NCBI GenBank assembly: GCA_963727445.1
Contig: CAVSGI010000008.1
Location: 1-64,000 of the forward strand
Length of the DNA stretch: 64,000 nt
Origin: an uncultured delta proteobacterium
Lineage (GTDB): Bacteria > Myxococcota_A > Polyangia > Polyangiales > B10-G4
Direction: 5' to 3'
Part shown: positions 10,569-21,893 of the stretch, in pieces
Layout of the letters: each line of letters begins with the position of its first letter
How positions within the stretch are numbered: position 1 is the stretch's first letter
Notes under the pieces: generated by a model
Database searches by the model: none
The model's input: the letters and a program-made list of their open reading frames with translations, nothing else
What the model was told of the DNA's origin: nothing
Made by a program: the position numbers and the translations under genes

Positions 10569-10605
10569 AATGACCTTTTATTAATGGCCATCTTAACACA
10601 GTAAG

Positions 10606-10652
10606 CAAAAAGAGAGGCTTACCAACACGCTAGTTGGAAAGCCTCTCTTTTT
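10606..10652. terminator. Bidirectional intrinsic terminator
   Basis: AAAAAGAGAGGCTT...AAGCCTCTCTTTTT inverted repeat between convergent genes. Confidence 0.75.
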
Positions 10653-10654
10653 GA

Positions 10655-12072
10655 TTACATAAAAAACACCACAAACAACTGCAGATAAATCTGCACCATC
10701 ACATAAAACGCAATCGCATACTTAAAGTTAAACAGCAATCCATTCTTAATAATACTCAGCTTATTCACCGAACTCAAAATAATCGACGGTAAAATCAGCG
10801 GTGACAACATAATCGAAATCACACTGCCTGACGTAATCCCAAGCACAACAATCTCCGGTGGATAGGGCAGCTCGACACCCTGCAGAGATCCCGGAAACAA
10901 GTACGATAACCGTCAAAGGACCGAGTCCGATAAATCCGAGAACGATCACAACAAACGGCAGGACCCATAGGAAGTTTAAGAACGGAACCGCGTCTGTGAT
11001 ATAAAACAAGCCGTCGATAATATACTCGCCGTAACCCGACTGATTGACGGCATTAATGAGAAAGCCGGCAGCCAACAGGATGGAAAACTGCTGGGCTTTG
11101 TTGGGAATGCTTTTTCCGACATACGTTTTTCCATTCTCTACAATCGCGCTGCTTCTTCGGCGGACGATAAAGTAGAGAAGGACCCAGGCGACGATAACGA
11201 TCGGGATAATCAGTAAGAGATCGACGGGCCAAACGGCGTTCAGTAGAAAGATCGATCCGAATAAGGTGACGAATAAGAGACCAAATTCGAGCGCATCGCG
11301 ATTCCCGTTTGGATCTTCTTTCTTTTGCTTCTTCAATTCTACCCAGTTCCTCCTGGATTCCTGCCGTAAGATCGACGCCATAATGACGTTCCTGGAAATG
11401 GGAGAAGAGAACGGACAACAGGGTTCCGGCGAAGGCGATGACAAATCCCTGCAGGATGGATAAACCGAGCGATGCCCCAAGCGCCTGCACGGCGAAGATA
11501 AAGCTTGGAATGCTGACGACCCACATGGTGGTCAGGGAAAACCCGCGCAGCAGGGCGGTTCCTTTATAGTTCTCCCATACTTCTCCTTTTTGATTTTCCA
11601 AAAAATCGTCGATCATTCCGTAGACCATCGGGATCGAACCGAATAATAGGAAGTAAGAGATGATCTGCGTGATGACCATCATGCCGAAATAGAACTTGCG
11701 GCTCGTATTCAGCAGGTTCTGCGCGAAGTTAATAACCGCTTCAATGTAGGGCTTTTCTTCTAATACCCAGCTGATCGTCGGGACGATCAGTAAGAGAGCG
11801 ATCAGTCCGCTCATCACGGTAAAGCCGGATACGGTCGCTTCGATTAAGGAAGTCCCTGCTGTCAGGTGAATGATCAAGGCGATCACAAGCAGTAACAGCG
11901 ATATGGCTGCCTGTTTCATCGGCAGGAAAAAGTAGCCGAGTAAGAAGGCGGTCAGACCGAATATGGAAAGCACCGGGGATAGCGTTTCTCCGCCGGTGAA
12001 ATAGACAACGAAATGCATAAGGACATATAACGTTATAAATAAGGTATAACCTTTTTTGGCTAGTTGTACCAT
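10655..12072 (-). pseudogene. Multi-pass membrane protein (probable transporter) split by two frameshifts
   Basis: Three overlapping hydrophobic ORFs (11053-12072, 10761-11480, 10655-10900) join into one protein with shifts near 11320 and 10887; may be sequencing errors. Confidence 0.7.
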
Positions 12073-12213
12073 GGTGAATGCTCCAATCGTGGTTCAATAT
12101 GTACGTAACATATCTTATCACAGGAGACTGCGATTAGCTGAGATTGTGCTCTACGTAATCAGCGTGCGCGGATGCATCTTCTTTTTACAAAAAAATAAAG
12201 CTGTCCGGATCGT

Positions 12214-13335
12214 CTAAGAATAGACTTCCGGACAGCTTTTCACATGCTCACCCGCGAACTTAGGGGATAGACAGACCTGATTTCTGCCGGATTGTTTCGC
12301 TTCATAAAGGGCCTGATCGGCTTCTTCAATGAGTAATTGCGGCGTGTTGGTTGTTTCGTCATAACAGGCAATACCAATGGACACGGTAATAGAAATAGAC
12401 TCACCTGTAGCCAATCGAAAGGCATGATTTTGAACCTTTTTCCGGATCCGTTCACTGATTTCTTCGGCACGCTGGGCAGGGCAGTCGAGGAGAATGACGG
12501 TGAATTCTTCGCCGCCATTCCGGCTGACGTGATCGAAGGAGCGGACGGTGCTGGTTAGAATATGACTCAATTCGACCAGGACCTGATCCCCTTCGACATG
12601 CCCGTAAGTATCGTTCACTTTCTTAAAGTGGTCGATATCAATATACAGTAAAGAAACCTTTTCATCTCTATCCTGCGCCTCGGTGCAGACTTCATTAAAG
12701 ATTTGATCAAATTTGCGTACGTTGTTAAGACCCGTTAGCCCGTCGGTAACGGACTCGGACTTATATTTATTTAAGATTCTCTGATTTCTGCGTACATATT
12801 CAACCACATAGAAAGATAGAAAGCCGGCGAGATACGATATGCTCCAATAGGAAAGAACAAGTGAAATCAGTGTATCCATACGAAGCGTAAGAAAGGTTAA
12901 CATGATAGTGAAGATTAGATTGGACATGGTCAGCGCCAGGAAAACCTTTTTCATTTTAGATAATTTAAGGTTTGTAATGATAAGGGTCAGGAACGTCGTC
13001 CCGCCAATAAAAATGATGGCTAGTACCGCCTGGGTGGTGAACCCGAATAAAAATCGCCCTGCAATGATCAGTACCATAGTAATCAGGGCGGGAAGGCTGC
13101 CGCCGTAATAGGACATTAAGACCACCGGAATGTGCCGTAAATCGATGATGACGCTGTCCATAGGCATGCTGTACAGCATCAGAACATTACTCAATATCCC
13201 TGCGAGGATGCCGGCCGTGATTTTTTGCCTTCTTGATGAGGTTCGTCTCAGTGGGGAAGAGTTGGTTAACTGGGTATATACAAATAAGATAGCCACTAGG
13301 ATGGCTAAGTTGGAAATGAGTTCTTTCAGGATCAT
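12214..13335 (-). CDS. Membrane diguanylate cyclase (5TM-LYT-like sensor + GGEEF)
   Basis: N-terminal TM helices with DLRH; TDGLTGL, IDIDHFKKVNDTYGH, RSFD I-site five residues before GGEEF. Confidence 0.92.
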   Translation of the reverse strand: MILKELISNLAILVAILFVYTQLTNSSPLRRTSSRRQKITAGILAGILSNVLMLYSMPMDSVIIDLRHIPVVLMSYYGGSLPALITMVLIIAGRFLFGFTTQAVLAIIFIGGTTFLTLIITNLKLSKMKKVFLALTMSNLIFTIMLTFLTLRMDTLISLVLSYWSISYLAGFLSFYVVEYVRRNQRILNKYKSESVTDGLTGLNNVRKFDQIFNEVCTEAQDRDEKVSLLYIDIDHFKKVNDTYGHVEGDQVLVELSHILTSTVRSFDHVSRNGGEEFTVILLDCPAQRAEEISERIRKKVQNHAFRLATGESISITVSIGIACYDETTNTPQLLIEEADQALYEAKQSGRNQVCLSPKFAGEHVKSCPEVYS

Positions 13336-13518
13336 ATAAGGTTCTCCCCTGTGAATAAAGGTATATTTCTGTATGTGAATATTATACTAGATATAAGGTT
13401 TGTGTAGGTATTATATACCCAATTTGCAAAGTGTTTAAATAGGACAATGTGCTATTATTTTCTATTTTTCTGCAGGGGACAACATGTTTAATAAGTAGGG
13501 CAGCCATCTAAGCCATCA

Positions 13519-13563
13519 AAAAAAGAAGCACCGATGCGCCATGTAGCGCATCGATGCTTCTTT
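13519..13563 (-). terminator. Terminator downstream of the mqo/lqo gene
   Basis: AAGAAGCA-CGATGCGC / GCGCATCG-TGCTTCTT hairpin with an A-run on the + strand. Confidence 0.6.
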
Positions 13564-13570
13564 ACTTTGT

Positions 13571-15067
13571 TTATCTTACAGGTTCCATCAAATCAAGCGT
13601 GCGTGAGGTAGAATCCTGAACCCGATCAAGCAGCTCAGGGTTATCCTCCAGCGACTCGCCGTAGGAAGGGATGATTTCTTTCAGCTTCGGATCCCAGGAC
13701 TCACGATACTCTGGGAAGCACTTGTGTAAGACCTCGAGCATAATGGAAACGGAAACGGATGCTCCTGGTGATTCGCCAAGAAGAGCCGCCATCGTACGGT
13801 CCTCTGCGTGAATCAGTTTGGTACCAAACTGGAGAGCGCCGCGGCCGCCTTCGTCTGTATCCTCAATCAATTGGACGCGCTGTCCGGCTACGAGAAGGTC
13901 CCAGTCTTCATTGGATGCATTCGGAACAAAATTCCGCAGCTCTTCCATCCGGTCTTTTTTGGACATCTTCAGCTGCATGGCCAAATATTTGATCAGGGAG
14001 GTATTTTTTGCGCCGGCTGCGAGCATCGTCAGCACATTCGTCGGCTTCACGGAACCTAACAGATCCATCATAGAGCCGGTTTTCAAAAATTTAGGTGTAA
14101 ATCCGGCGAACGGACCGTATAACAGCGTGTCTTTTCCTTCAATATGGCGACGGTCCAGGTGCGGAACCGTCATCGGCGGGGTGCCTGCCGGTTCTTTTCC
14201 ATAGACTTTGGAATGGTGCTTCTTCACGACCTCCGGATTGTCGCAGACGAGAAATTCGCCGCTGATCGGAAATCCTCCGATGTGCTTGCTTTCCGGAATG
14301 CCTGTTTTTTGCAGCAATGGCAGGGCGCCGCCCCCGGCACCGATAAAGGCGAAGGAAGCTGTATGCTCTTCGATTGATTCTTCTTTAAGGTTTCGCACCT
14401 TCACTTCCCACGCTCCGTCTTCCCTTTGTTGAATATCATCGACCGAATGATTATAACGGATTTCTATATTGTCTTGCTGCTCTAAGTGTTTCAGCATTTG
14501 GCGGGTTAATTCTCCAAAATTAACATCTGTGCCATGATCGAATTTCGTTGCCGCGATCGGTTCTTCAGTGGAACGGCCTTCCATCATTAAAGGAATCCAT
14601 TCCTTGATGCGTTCGGGGTCTATGGAAAACTCCATCCCCTGAAACTGAGGGTGATCTTTCAGGGCTTCAACCCGCTTCGTCAAAAATTCTACATGATCTT
14701 TTCCGTAAACAAAGCTTATATGAGGCAAGGGACGGATAAATTCTTCGGGACTCTGAAGATCGCCTTGCTCGACCAGATGGGCCCAGAGCTGTCTGGAAAC
14801 CTGGAATTGTTCGTTGATTTTCACGGCCTTGCTAATGTCGAGGGAGCCGTCCGGCTGTTCAGGCGTATAGTTCAGTTCGCAGAGAGCGGCGTGTCCGGTT
14901 CCGGCATTATTCCATTCATTGGAACTTTCCTGTCCGGCGGAGTCGAGCTTCTCGAACAGAGTGATGCGCCATTCCGGCTGTAATTTATGCAGAAGCGTGG
15001 CCAGTGTCGCGCTTACGACGCCAGCACCGATCAGGATCACGTCGCTTGTTGTGTGGTTATGATTCAT
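13571..15067 (-). CDS. lqo: Mqo-family FAD quinone oxidoreductase, probably L-lactate:quinone oxidoreductase (Lqo type)
   Basis: LIGAG FAD site, [20 protein letters not shown]; Lqo-type motifs [36 protein letters not shown] at 15072-15080; divergent from a lactate permease. Confidence 0.75.
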   Translation of the reverse strand: MNHNHTTSDVILIGAGVVSATLATLLHKLQPEWRITLFEKLDSAGQESSNEWNNAGTGHAALCELNYTPEQPDGSLDISKAVKINEQFQVSRQLWAHLVEQGDLQSPEEFIRPLPHISFVYGKDHVEFLTKRVEALKDHPQFQGMEFSIDPERIKEWIPLMMEGRSTEEPIAATKFDHGTDVNFGELTRQMLKHLEQQDNIEIRYNHSVDDIQQREDGAWEVKVRNLKEESIEEHTASFAFIGAGGGALPLLQKTGIPESKHIGGFPISGEFLVCDNPEVVKKHHSKVYGKEPAGTPPMTVPHLDRRHIEGKDTLLYGPFAGFTPKFLKTGSMMDLLGSVKPTNVLTMLAAGAKNTSLIKYLAMQLKMSKKDRMEELRNFVPNASNEDWDLLVAGQRVQLIEDTDEGGRGALQFGTKLIHAEDRTMAALLGESPGASVSVSIMLEVLHKCFPEYRESWDPKLKEIIPSYGESLEDNPELLDRVQDSTSRTLDLMEPVR

Positions 15068-15276
15068 ATTATTCCTCCTCTTATGGTTAAACAGGCAGTA
15101 GCTGTATCGGGAGTTATCGTTCATTCGTTGTACGGTTCCCGATGGTCATCCGTTGATCTTACCAGTACGGTTGGGCGCGCGAGGACGATGCCTTTTCATT
15201 CAACTGCGGGCATCATGGTTACCTCTATGTACATGGCTAAAACCAGCATGGACTCTTGCATCACCAACATAGATAA

Positions 15277-15290
15277 GGTCATCAGATGAC
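15277..15290. promoter_or_regulatory. LutR/LldR-like (FadR-subfamily) operator upstream of lqo
   Basis: Palindrome GGTCATCAGATGAC just downstream of a minus-strand TTGAAA-17-TAGAAT promoter (15303-15331), which overlaps a cre-like TGAAAGCGATTTCT. Confidence 0.7.
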
Positions 15291-15436
15291 TTCATTTCTT
15301 TCATTCTAGCACGAGCAGAAATCGCTTTCAATAAAAAGGTGATCCGCTCATTCTTTTAGGGTTTCATGGTGAGGATCAAAAATAGGGAAAGAGATCGATT
15401 TTATGTGAAAATTGTGGAATCGGTGAAAACTTCCTA

Positions 15437-15489
15437 TTGAAAACATCTTTGTAAGCGGTTACCATAAGTAATATGGTCATCTGATGACC
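15437..15489 (+). promoter_or_regulatory. lutP promoter with cre site and LutR-like operator
   Basis: TTGAAA(15437)-17-TACCAT; cre TGTAAGCGGTTACCA 15450-15464; palindrome TGGTCATCTGATGACC 15474-15489. Confidence 0.75.
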
Positions 15490-15561
15490 GTATTAACTAC
15501 TGACAATCAACGTTTTTTTAAGGAATAAGAAAATCAATGTAAGGAAAGAGGAGGAGATCAA

Positions 15562-17148
15562 ATGTTGATGGTGGTGGCACTAAGTGCTGTGATTGTTCCC
15601 TTTCTTTTGCTGGTGTTATTGCGTATGCCAGCGATTAAAGGGATGTCCATCAGTGCTGTAGTGGTAATTATTTTAGCGATGACCGTGTGGGGAATGGAGG
15701 GCCAGGTGATTGCTTCTTCGATTCTGCAGGGGGTACATAAAACACTGACGATATTATTAATTTTATTTGGAGCGCTCGTTTTATTGAACACCCTTCGTAA
15801 CACCGGAGCGGTGACCCGTATTAATCAGGGATTTCAGAGTATTTCCCAGGACATGAGGGTTCAGCTTATTTTTGTCGCCTTTTTATTCGGGTCGTTAATT
15901 GAAGGAGCGGCAGGATTCGGTGCTCCGGCAATGGTGACGGCGCCGTTAATGCTTGCCCTTGGCTTCAGGCCGCTGGCAGCAGTGGCGACAGCTCTTATTG
16001 CGGATAGTACGGCCGTGGCCTTCGGGGCGGTGGGAACGCCGGTATTGGTCGGACTCAGCACCTTGCCCGATGCGGGTACCGCTTTTTTCAAGGAGGTTGG
16101 CGTCACGGTTACCCTTATTGATTTATTCGCGGGCACATTTATTCCATTTATTTTAGTCCTTGTGCTGACCTTGTTTTTCGGTAAAGGGAAGGGAATAAAA
16201 GATGCCCTCGTGATGATCCCCTGGACGCTGCTTATTGGGATCACCTATAATGTTTCAGCTCTTGTGTATGCGACTTTGTTTGGTCCGGAATTTGTAGCGA
16301 TTCTGGGATCCTTGACCGGGCTGGTTGTCGCAGCTATAACAGCCAGAAAGGGATGGCTTCTCCCGTCCACCGTATGGACGGATGCTAAACAGGAAGATTT
16401 CGAGGATAATGAAGAAAAATCCGAGATGGGATTGATCCGAGCATGGTTTCCTTACATTATTGTCGTGGCCTTGCTGTTACTTACACGTATTGTTCCGTGG
16501 TTTAAGGAATTTACGCAGACGGCTATTGATTTAACGTGGTCGAACATTTTAGGCGTGGAAGGGATTGAGTCCGGCTGGGCCGTATTATACTCGCCTGGAA
16601 CTGTGCTGATTGTCGCAGCCCTTTTAGCCCTGCTCGTGCAGCGAAAATCGTTTAACCATTTTGGACGGGCTGCTAAGCAATCGCTGTCCACGATGAAAAT
16701 AACCGCGGTCACCTTGGCGGCAACGCTTGCTATGGTGCATGTGTTCAGTAACTCCGGTATGAATATGAATGATTTAATGAGTATGCCAAGTTATATTGCC
16801 GAAGGAATGGCGGCTGCTTTTGGACCGATGTGGATTTTCGCCGCACCGTTTCTCGGGGAACTGGGCTCCTTTATAACGGGAAGTGCCACGGTTTCAACCC
16901 TTACCTTCTCACCGATTCAGTACAATATTGCGGAGGCTACAGACGCGAACATCAAGGTGGTGCTTGCCGCTCAGCTCGTAGGAGGTGGAGCAGGGAACAT
17001 GATCTGTGTTCATAATGTGGTCGCAGCAAGTGCTGTCGCAGGCATGGAAGGGGAAGAAGGAAACGTGATCAGAAAAACCCTGGGACCTGCTTTACTTTAT
17101 GGGGTTCTTGTCGGCATCGGCGGATTTATTTTAATGAGGATTTTGTAA
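15562..17148 (+). CDS. lutP: L-lactate permease (LctP/LutP family)
   Basis: [41 protein letters not shown] motifs; GAGGAG RBS. Confidence 0.9.
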   Translation: MLMVVALSAVIVPFLLLVLLRMPAIKGMSISAVVVIILAMTVWGMEGQVIASSILQGVHKTLTILLILFGALVLLNTLRNTGAVTRINQGFQSISQDMRVQLIFVAFLFGSLIEGAAGFGAPAMVTAPLMLALGFRPLAAVATALIADSTAVAFGAVGTPVLVGLSTLPDAGTAFFKEVGVTVTLIDLFAGTFIPFILVLVLTLFFGKGKGIKDALVMIPWTLLIGITYNVSALVYATLFGPEFVAILGSLTGLVVAAITARKGWLLPSTVWTDAKQEDFEDNEEKSEMGLIRAWFPYIIVVALLLLTRIVPWFKEFTQTAIDLTWSNILGVEGIESGWAVLYSPGTVLIVAALLALLVQRKSFNHFGRAAKQSLSTMKITAVTLAATLAMVHVFSNSGMNMNDLMSMPSYIAEGMAAAFGPMWIFAAPFLGELGSFITGSATVSTLTFSPIQYNIAEATDANIKVVLAAQLVGGGAGNMICVHNVVAASAVAGMEGEEGNVIRKTLGPALLYGVLVGIGGFILMRIL

Positions 17149-17243
17149 ATAGACCAGCAGATATAAGGAAATGTTATTTTAATGATGAAGTGGACATAAT
17201 TATCGCTTTGTCGGAAGAAGTCCATCATTAAGAGAGATCAGCC

Positions 17244-17284
17244 AAAAAGAACAGATGCTCTAATAAGGAGCATCTGTTCTTTTT
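17244..17284. terminator. Bidirectional intrinsic terminator
   Basis: Perfect AAAAAGAACAGATGCTC/GAGCATCTGTTCTTTTT inverted repeat. Confidence 0.8.
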
Positions 17285-17435
17285 GACTGTATACTGCTCT
17301 ACTACATTACTTCCAAATGATGAACAGGTGGGCCCGCAATAAAAATTCCCAAAGCTCAGCATCAGACTAAGAGTCCCCTTATTCTTCGTGATAGAGAAAT
17401 GATCGGGGCTTCCTTCATACCGAAAGGTCTTTATA

Positions 17436-17603
17436 TTAATCCAAAGCATGAAAGCATTTTGAACAATAGATAATTTGATCGGTTCCCCAGCTTTTTAAAA
17501 ATGTCCATCCATTTAGCTTTTTCGGTTTAGTAATAATGGCTATCTTCTCATCTTTTTCTACTTCTCTTCTGCAATTATGGCAAGTAAACTGATCGCCAAT
17601 CAT
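17436..17603 (-). CDS. Small 55-aa CxxC...CxxC zinc-finger-like protein (not in the ORF track)
   Basis: My translation: MIGDQFTCHNCRREVEKDEKIAIITKPKKLNGWTFLKSWGTDQIIYCSKCFHALD; AAAGGA RBS upstream. Confidence 0.65.
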   Translation of the reverse strand: MIGDQFTCHNCRREVEKDEKIAIITKPKKLNGWTFLKSWGTDQIIYCSKCFHALD

Positions 17604-17746
17604 AAGCGTTCATCCTTTCGATAGAAATTCTTGTATCATAATCTTCCTATTCAATATTTGATACGTTTGCATAGGAACAGCGTTTTACACAACCCAAGTC
17701 TCTGTCCAAGGTTGTCCCCATATAGGAATACATACCTTATTCAGAT

Positions 17747-17977
17747 CTAAGACTTTTTGGTATTTAATAGTTGCGCAATAATATAGGCTATGCTGACGAT
17801 CAATAATAGGATTAACAAATGAAAACTTCTATTTTTAATACTCAATTCTTGAGCTGTAAAACTTCCGGCAGAAGAAAAATCCGGAGTATAGTTCATGGTT
17901 AAAAGAACACCAGATGTGATTTGATAAGCTAAGTAAAGTAAAATAAAACTCGCTATAAAAATTAAATACTTCTTCAT
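17747..17977 (-). CDS. Small two-TM hypothetical membrane protein
   Basis: Two hydrophobic helices around YTPD; AAAGGGTGG RBS. Confidence 0.6.
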   Translation of the reverse strand: MKKYLIFIASFILLYLAYQITSGVLLTMNYTPDFSSAGSFTAQELSIKNRSFHLLILLLIVSIAYIIAQLLNTKKS

Positions 17978-18290
17978 AACTACCACCCTTTCCTATATCT
18001 ATATTTACGGTTAGGATCTATCATAGTTTCAACCGAAGTGAATTTCTATCATAATGAATATTGAAAAGTTTACAACCCTTACTACCTCTTGTTTATTTCT
18101 ACCCTTTCAATTCCTTAGCTAGACAGGATAACAATACCCACAGAGCCCTTAGGTAAAGATCGTTTCCTGTAAAGAAGCCGTGTATTATGGTAAAATCTAA
18201 GACTAATGACAGGCAGTAGAACGTTGCGATGTACTTTCATGAGAATAGGGGACTAGGACTGTGCAACTACGATCAACCCAGGGGGAATAA

Positions 18291-19478
18291 ATGATGACAA
18301 GAAAGCTTTACTACGAAGATCCATATCAGCTGGAATTCAACTCTACGGTAACCAAAACAGATCAGGACGAACGTGGACCTTACGTGGTACTGGAAGCCAC
18401 AGCGTTCTATCCTACTGGCGGCGGGCAGCCGCACGATACGGGTACATTAAATTCCATTGACGTGATCGATGTGGAAGAAGTAGACGGTGAGGTGCGGCAT
18501 TACATAAAGGAAGAATTTCCGCAAAGTGGGGAAGAAGTGCATGGAAGCGTCGATCCAAAACGGCGTATCGATCATATGCAGCAGCATAGCGGACAGCATA
18601 TCATATCAGCTGTTTTTGATGATCATTACGGCATTCCGACAACGAGTTTCCATTTAGGAAGCGATACGGTGACGATTGATTTAGATACGAATCAACTCTC
18701 GGAGGAACTTTTGCAAAAAGCCGAGGAGCAGGTGAATGACATTATACGCCGGAATATTCCTGTAGAAGCCAGGTGGATGACGGCCGGGGAAGCGAACGAA
18801 TACCCATTGAGGAAACCACTGGCTGTCGAGGGGGATGTGCGCCTCGTGATCATTCCATACGTGGATTACAACGGGTGCGGTGGTACACATCCCGCGTCCA
18901 CCGGTGAAGTGATGGCGGTGAAATTTCTAGGCTGGACGAAAAGTAAGAAGCAGGTACGCCTCGAGTTTGTCTGCGGATCCAGAGTGCTTGAGAAGCTCGA
19001 TCAGAAACACCGGATTCTGACCGCCATGAAACAGCTGGTCCCGAGACCTGAGGAGAGGCTTGTCGAAGAAGTGAGCGAGATGATTCAGGCAGGCAAGGAG
19101 AAGGATAAGCGGATTATAGAGCTTGAGGAACAGCTTCTTCATTATGAAGCGCGTCATATTATTTCAGAAACGAAAGGAGAGCCGGTGATCCAGCGCGTCT
19201 TCAAGGACCGCCCGATTAAGTCACTTCAGTCGCTAGGAAAAACGATGATTGAAGAAGCTTCCGATACGTATCTCATCCTTGTCAGCGAACAGGAAGATCA
19301 GCTGCAATTCGTCCTGGCTCACGGGGCTGCAATTGATCGCAATATGAACGATATCGCTAAACAGGCTATGCCTCTGATCGACGGAAAAGGAGGCGGAAAG
19401 CCGCATTTTGTCCAGGGCGGCGGCAAAAAACTGATGGACGGAACGGACTTTTCGAATCGCGTAAAAGAATTAATATAA
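18291..19478 (+). CDS. alaX: Alanyl-tRNA editing protein AlaX (with DHHA1 domain)
   Basis: FYPTGGGQPHD, HMQQHSGQH and CGGTH zinc motifs, C-terminal GKGGG..QGGG. Confidence 0.88.
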   Translation: MMTRKLYYEDPYQLEFNSTVTKTDQDERGPYVVLEATAFYPTGGGQPHDTGTLNSIDVIDVEEVDGEVRHYIKEEFPQSGEEVHGSVDPKRRIDHMQQHSGQHIISAVFDDHYGIPTTSFHLGSDTVTIDLDTNQLSEELLQKAEEQVNDIIRRNIPVEARWMTAGEANEYPLRKPLAVEGDVRLVIIPYVDYNGCGGTHPASTGEVMAVKFLGWTKSKKQVRLEFVCGSRVLEKLDQKHRILTAMKQLVPRPEERLVEEVSEMIQAGKEKDKRIIELEEQLLHYEARHIISETKGEPVIQRVFKDRPIKSLQSLGKTMIEEASDTYLILVSEQEDQLQFVLAHGAAIDRNMNDIAKQAMPLIDGKGGGKPHFVQGGGKKLMDGTDFSNRVKELI

Positions 19479-19581
19479 TAGATAAAACTTCTTCTTCCCC
19501 GCCTGAATGTCAGAGGCAAGTGGTAGAAGAAGTTTTTTATGTGGATAACGGAAACATTTTCCCTGTGGAATCGTTTTGTAG

Positions 19582-19607
19582 TATAATCAATTTAGAACAT
19601 ACGTTCC
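19582..19607 (+). promoter_or_regulatory. LexA (SOS) box at the topB promoter
   Basis: TATAAT 19582-19587 followed by AGAACATACGTTCC (GAAC-N4-GTTC, 19595-19606). Confidence 0.75.
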
Positions 19608-19695
19608 TTAGCAGGAGCGTAGCCGTGTATCATGAATTGAAACAAAGCCAGGAAGCGCTTATGCCTCTCGTGGTTTACAGAAAGGAGAGGAGACC

Positions 19696-21831
19696 ATGAC
19701 GAACGTGGTCATTTTAGCTGAAAAGCCGTCGCAGGCAAAAGCCTACGCCGCGGCCTTCACCACTCAGGAAAAATCCAAGACATATATTCGACTAAAACCC
19801 GATGCCACCTTCCCGAACGGAGCGACGATTACATGGGGCGTGGGCCATCTGGTGGAACTCAAAGAACCTCACGACTATAAGCCGGAATGGAAGAAATGGA
19901 AGCTCGATCAGCTGCCGATCGTGCCGGACCGTTTTTATGAAAAAGTCTCGAAAGGAAAATGGGAGCAGTTCCAGGCCGTGAAAAAATTATTCCAGCAGGC
20001 GGATGTAATCGTAAACGCGGCCGATGTTGACCGCGAAGGTTCCAATATCTTTTACAGCATCCTTCGTTTAACCGGTGTCAAAGGAAAACCGATTCAGCGG
20101 TTATGGATCAATTCACTTGAGAAGGATGAAGTCCGGAAAGGGTTTCAGAACCTGCAGAGCAACGATAAGGACCTGCGGATGTTTGACGAAGCAAAAGCGC
20201 GGCAGATCAGCGACTGGATGGTAGGCATTAACGCGAGCCGCCTGTTCACGCTATTGCTGCAGAAAAAAGGGTTTAACCAGCACCTGTCGATTGGACGCGT
20301 GCAGTCACCGACCGTTTATTTGATTTACCAGCGCCATAAGGAAATCGAAAACTTCGTATCGGAACCTTTTTATCAAATCGAGGGACTGTTTCAGGCGGAA
20401 AAAGGCTCGTACAAAGGATTAGCGAAGATTAAGGAAAAGGATAAAGCCAAGGTGCAGGCACTGATGGATCAGCATGGGCTGAAGGAAAATGAGGATCTTC
20501 AGGGAACGATTCAAAGTGTCGACAAGAAGACCAAGTACCAGAAGTCACCGAAGCTGCATTCCCTGTCCACCCTGCAAAGTGTCGCGAACCGACGCTGGAA
20601 ATACACACCGTCCCACACGTTAAAGACGATGCAGAAGCTTTATGAAAAAGGGCTGGTGTCCTATCCGCGAACAGACTGTAACTATATCACCAATAGTGAG
20701 TTCAACTATTTAGTGAACAAGCTGGATGCCTATCAGAAAGCGATGAACGTATCGTTTACACCGGCTTCTTTAAAGCCGAACAAACGGTATGTGAACAACA
20801 GTAAAGTTCAGGAACACTATGCGATCATTCCGACAAAAACCGTGCCTACCGAGAAGAAATTGAGCGGACTGAGCCGGGACGAGCACAACATTTACCATGA
20901 AGTACTCGCGACAACTTTGGCGATGTTCCACGGAGATTATGTGTATGAAGAGACGACGATTGTGACCCACGTCAACGATCTGCCTTTTAAATCCACGGGC
21001 AGGAGAGAAGTGAAGCAGGGCTGGAAAGAGCTGTTTCCGAAACCGTCCAAAGCCAAACAGGAAAAAGACCCGATTCTGCCGGAGGTGCAGCAAGGAGAAG
21101 ATGTAGGTGCCCGCCTGCATATTAAAGAAAGCATGACCCAGCCGCCGAAGCCTTATACCGAAGGCCAGCTCATCAACATGATGAAAACGTGCGGAAAGCT
21201 CGTAGATGACGAGGAAGACGTGGAGATCTTAAAGGAAGTGGAAGGCCTCGGAACCGAAGCCACGCGCTCGAGTATTATTGAAACGATCAAAACGCAGAAT
21301 TATATTGAAGTGAAGAAAAACAGCGTCGCGATTACCGATAAAGGGATTATGCTGTGTGAAGCGATCGAAGGGACACTGTTATCGAGCCCCGCCATGACAG
21401 CCAAATGGGAGTCGTATTTAAAGAAAATCGGCAATGGCGATGGTTCGAAGCAGATGTTTATTAAGCAGACGAGCCAGTTCATTGAAAAGCTTATTCAGGA
21501 AACGCCTGAATCGATCCAGCAGGTGAACGTACGCAGCACAGGCGAAAAGAAACAGTGGAATACGGCGGTTGCCAAATGCCCGGCCTGTTCCGATGGCGAA
21601 ATTATCGACCGGTATAAATTTTACGCCTGTTCCAATTATAAAAACGGCTGTAAAGTGAGCTTTCCGAAGCGGCTGGCTGGAAAATCACTCTCCGCAAACA
21701 TGATTAAGACGCTGTGTGAGAAGAAGAAAACGCGGGTGCTGAAAGGATTTAAAGGGAAGAAACCGTTCAGTACGGCTTTAACGCTGGATGAAGAGTATAA
21801 GATTAAATTTGATTTTGCGAAGAAGAGTTGA
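19696..21831 (+). CDS. topB: DNA topoisomerase III
   Basis: AEKPS Toprim, DVDREG, SIGRVQSP, catalytic SYPRTD, GLGTEATR, C-terminal Zn ribbon CPAC. Confidence 0.92.
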   Translation: MTNVVILAEKPSQAKAYAAAFTTQEKSKTYIRLKPDATFPNGATITWGVGHLVELKEPHDYKPEWKKWKLDQLPIVPDRFYEKVSKGKWEQFQAVKKLFQQADVIVNAADVDREGSNIFYSILRLTGVKGKPIQRLWINSLEKDEVRKGFQNLQSNDKDLRMFDEAKARQISDWMVGINASRLFTLLLQKKGFNQHLSIGRVQSPTVYLIYQRHKEIENFVSEPFYQIEGLFQAEKGSYKGLAKIKEKDKAKVQALMDQHGLKENEDLQGTIQSVDKKTKYQKSPKLHSLSTLQSVANRRWKYTPSHTLKTMQKLYEKGLVSYPRTDCNYITNSEFNYLVNKLDAYQKAMNVSFTPASLKPNKRYVNNSKVQEHYAIIPTKTVPTEKKLSGLSRDEHNIYHEVLATTLAMFHGDYVYEETTIVTHVNDLPFKSTGRREVKQGWKELFPKPSKAKQEKDPILPEVQQGEDVGARLHIKESMTQPPKPYTEGQLINMMKTCGKLVDDEEDVEILKEVEGLGTEATRSSIIETIKTQNYIEVKKNSVAITDKGIMLCEAIEGTLLSSPAMTAKWESYLKKIGNGDGSKQMFIKQTSQFIEKLIQETPESIQQVNVRSTGEKKQWNTAVAKCPACSDGEIIDRYKFYACSNYKNGCKVSFPKRLAGKSLSANMIKTLCEKKKTRVLKGFKGKKPFSTALTLDEEYKIKFDFAKKS

Positions 21832-21893
21832 GAAACCTATCGGGGTGGACGGAGAAGATCCTTTTCACCCCGTAGTGTTCTTGCAGGAAGATA

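Noticed and set aside
18200..18290. T-box-like leader upstream of alaX
   Set aside because: No GGTGG.ACC T-box sequence or terminator/antiterminator, and the leader is too short
19540..19548. Perfect DnaA box TGTGGATAA upstream of topB
   Set aside because: Single 9-mer; another copy occurs inside the SMC gene (~5027), so compatible with chance; no origin-like cluster
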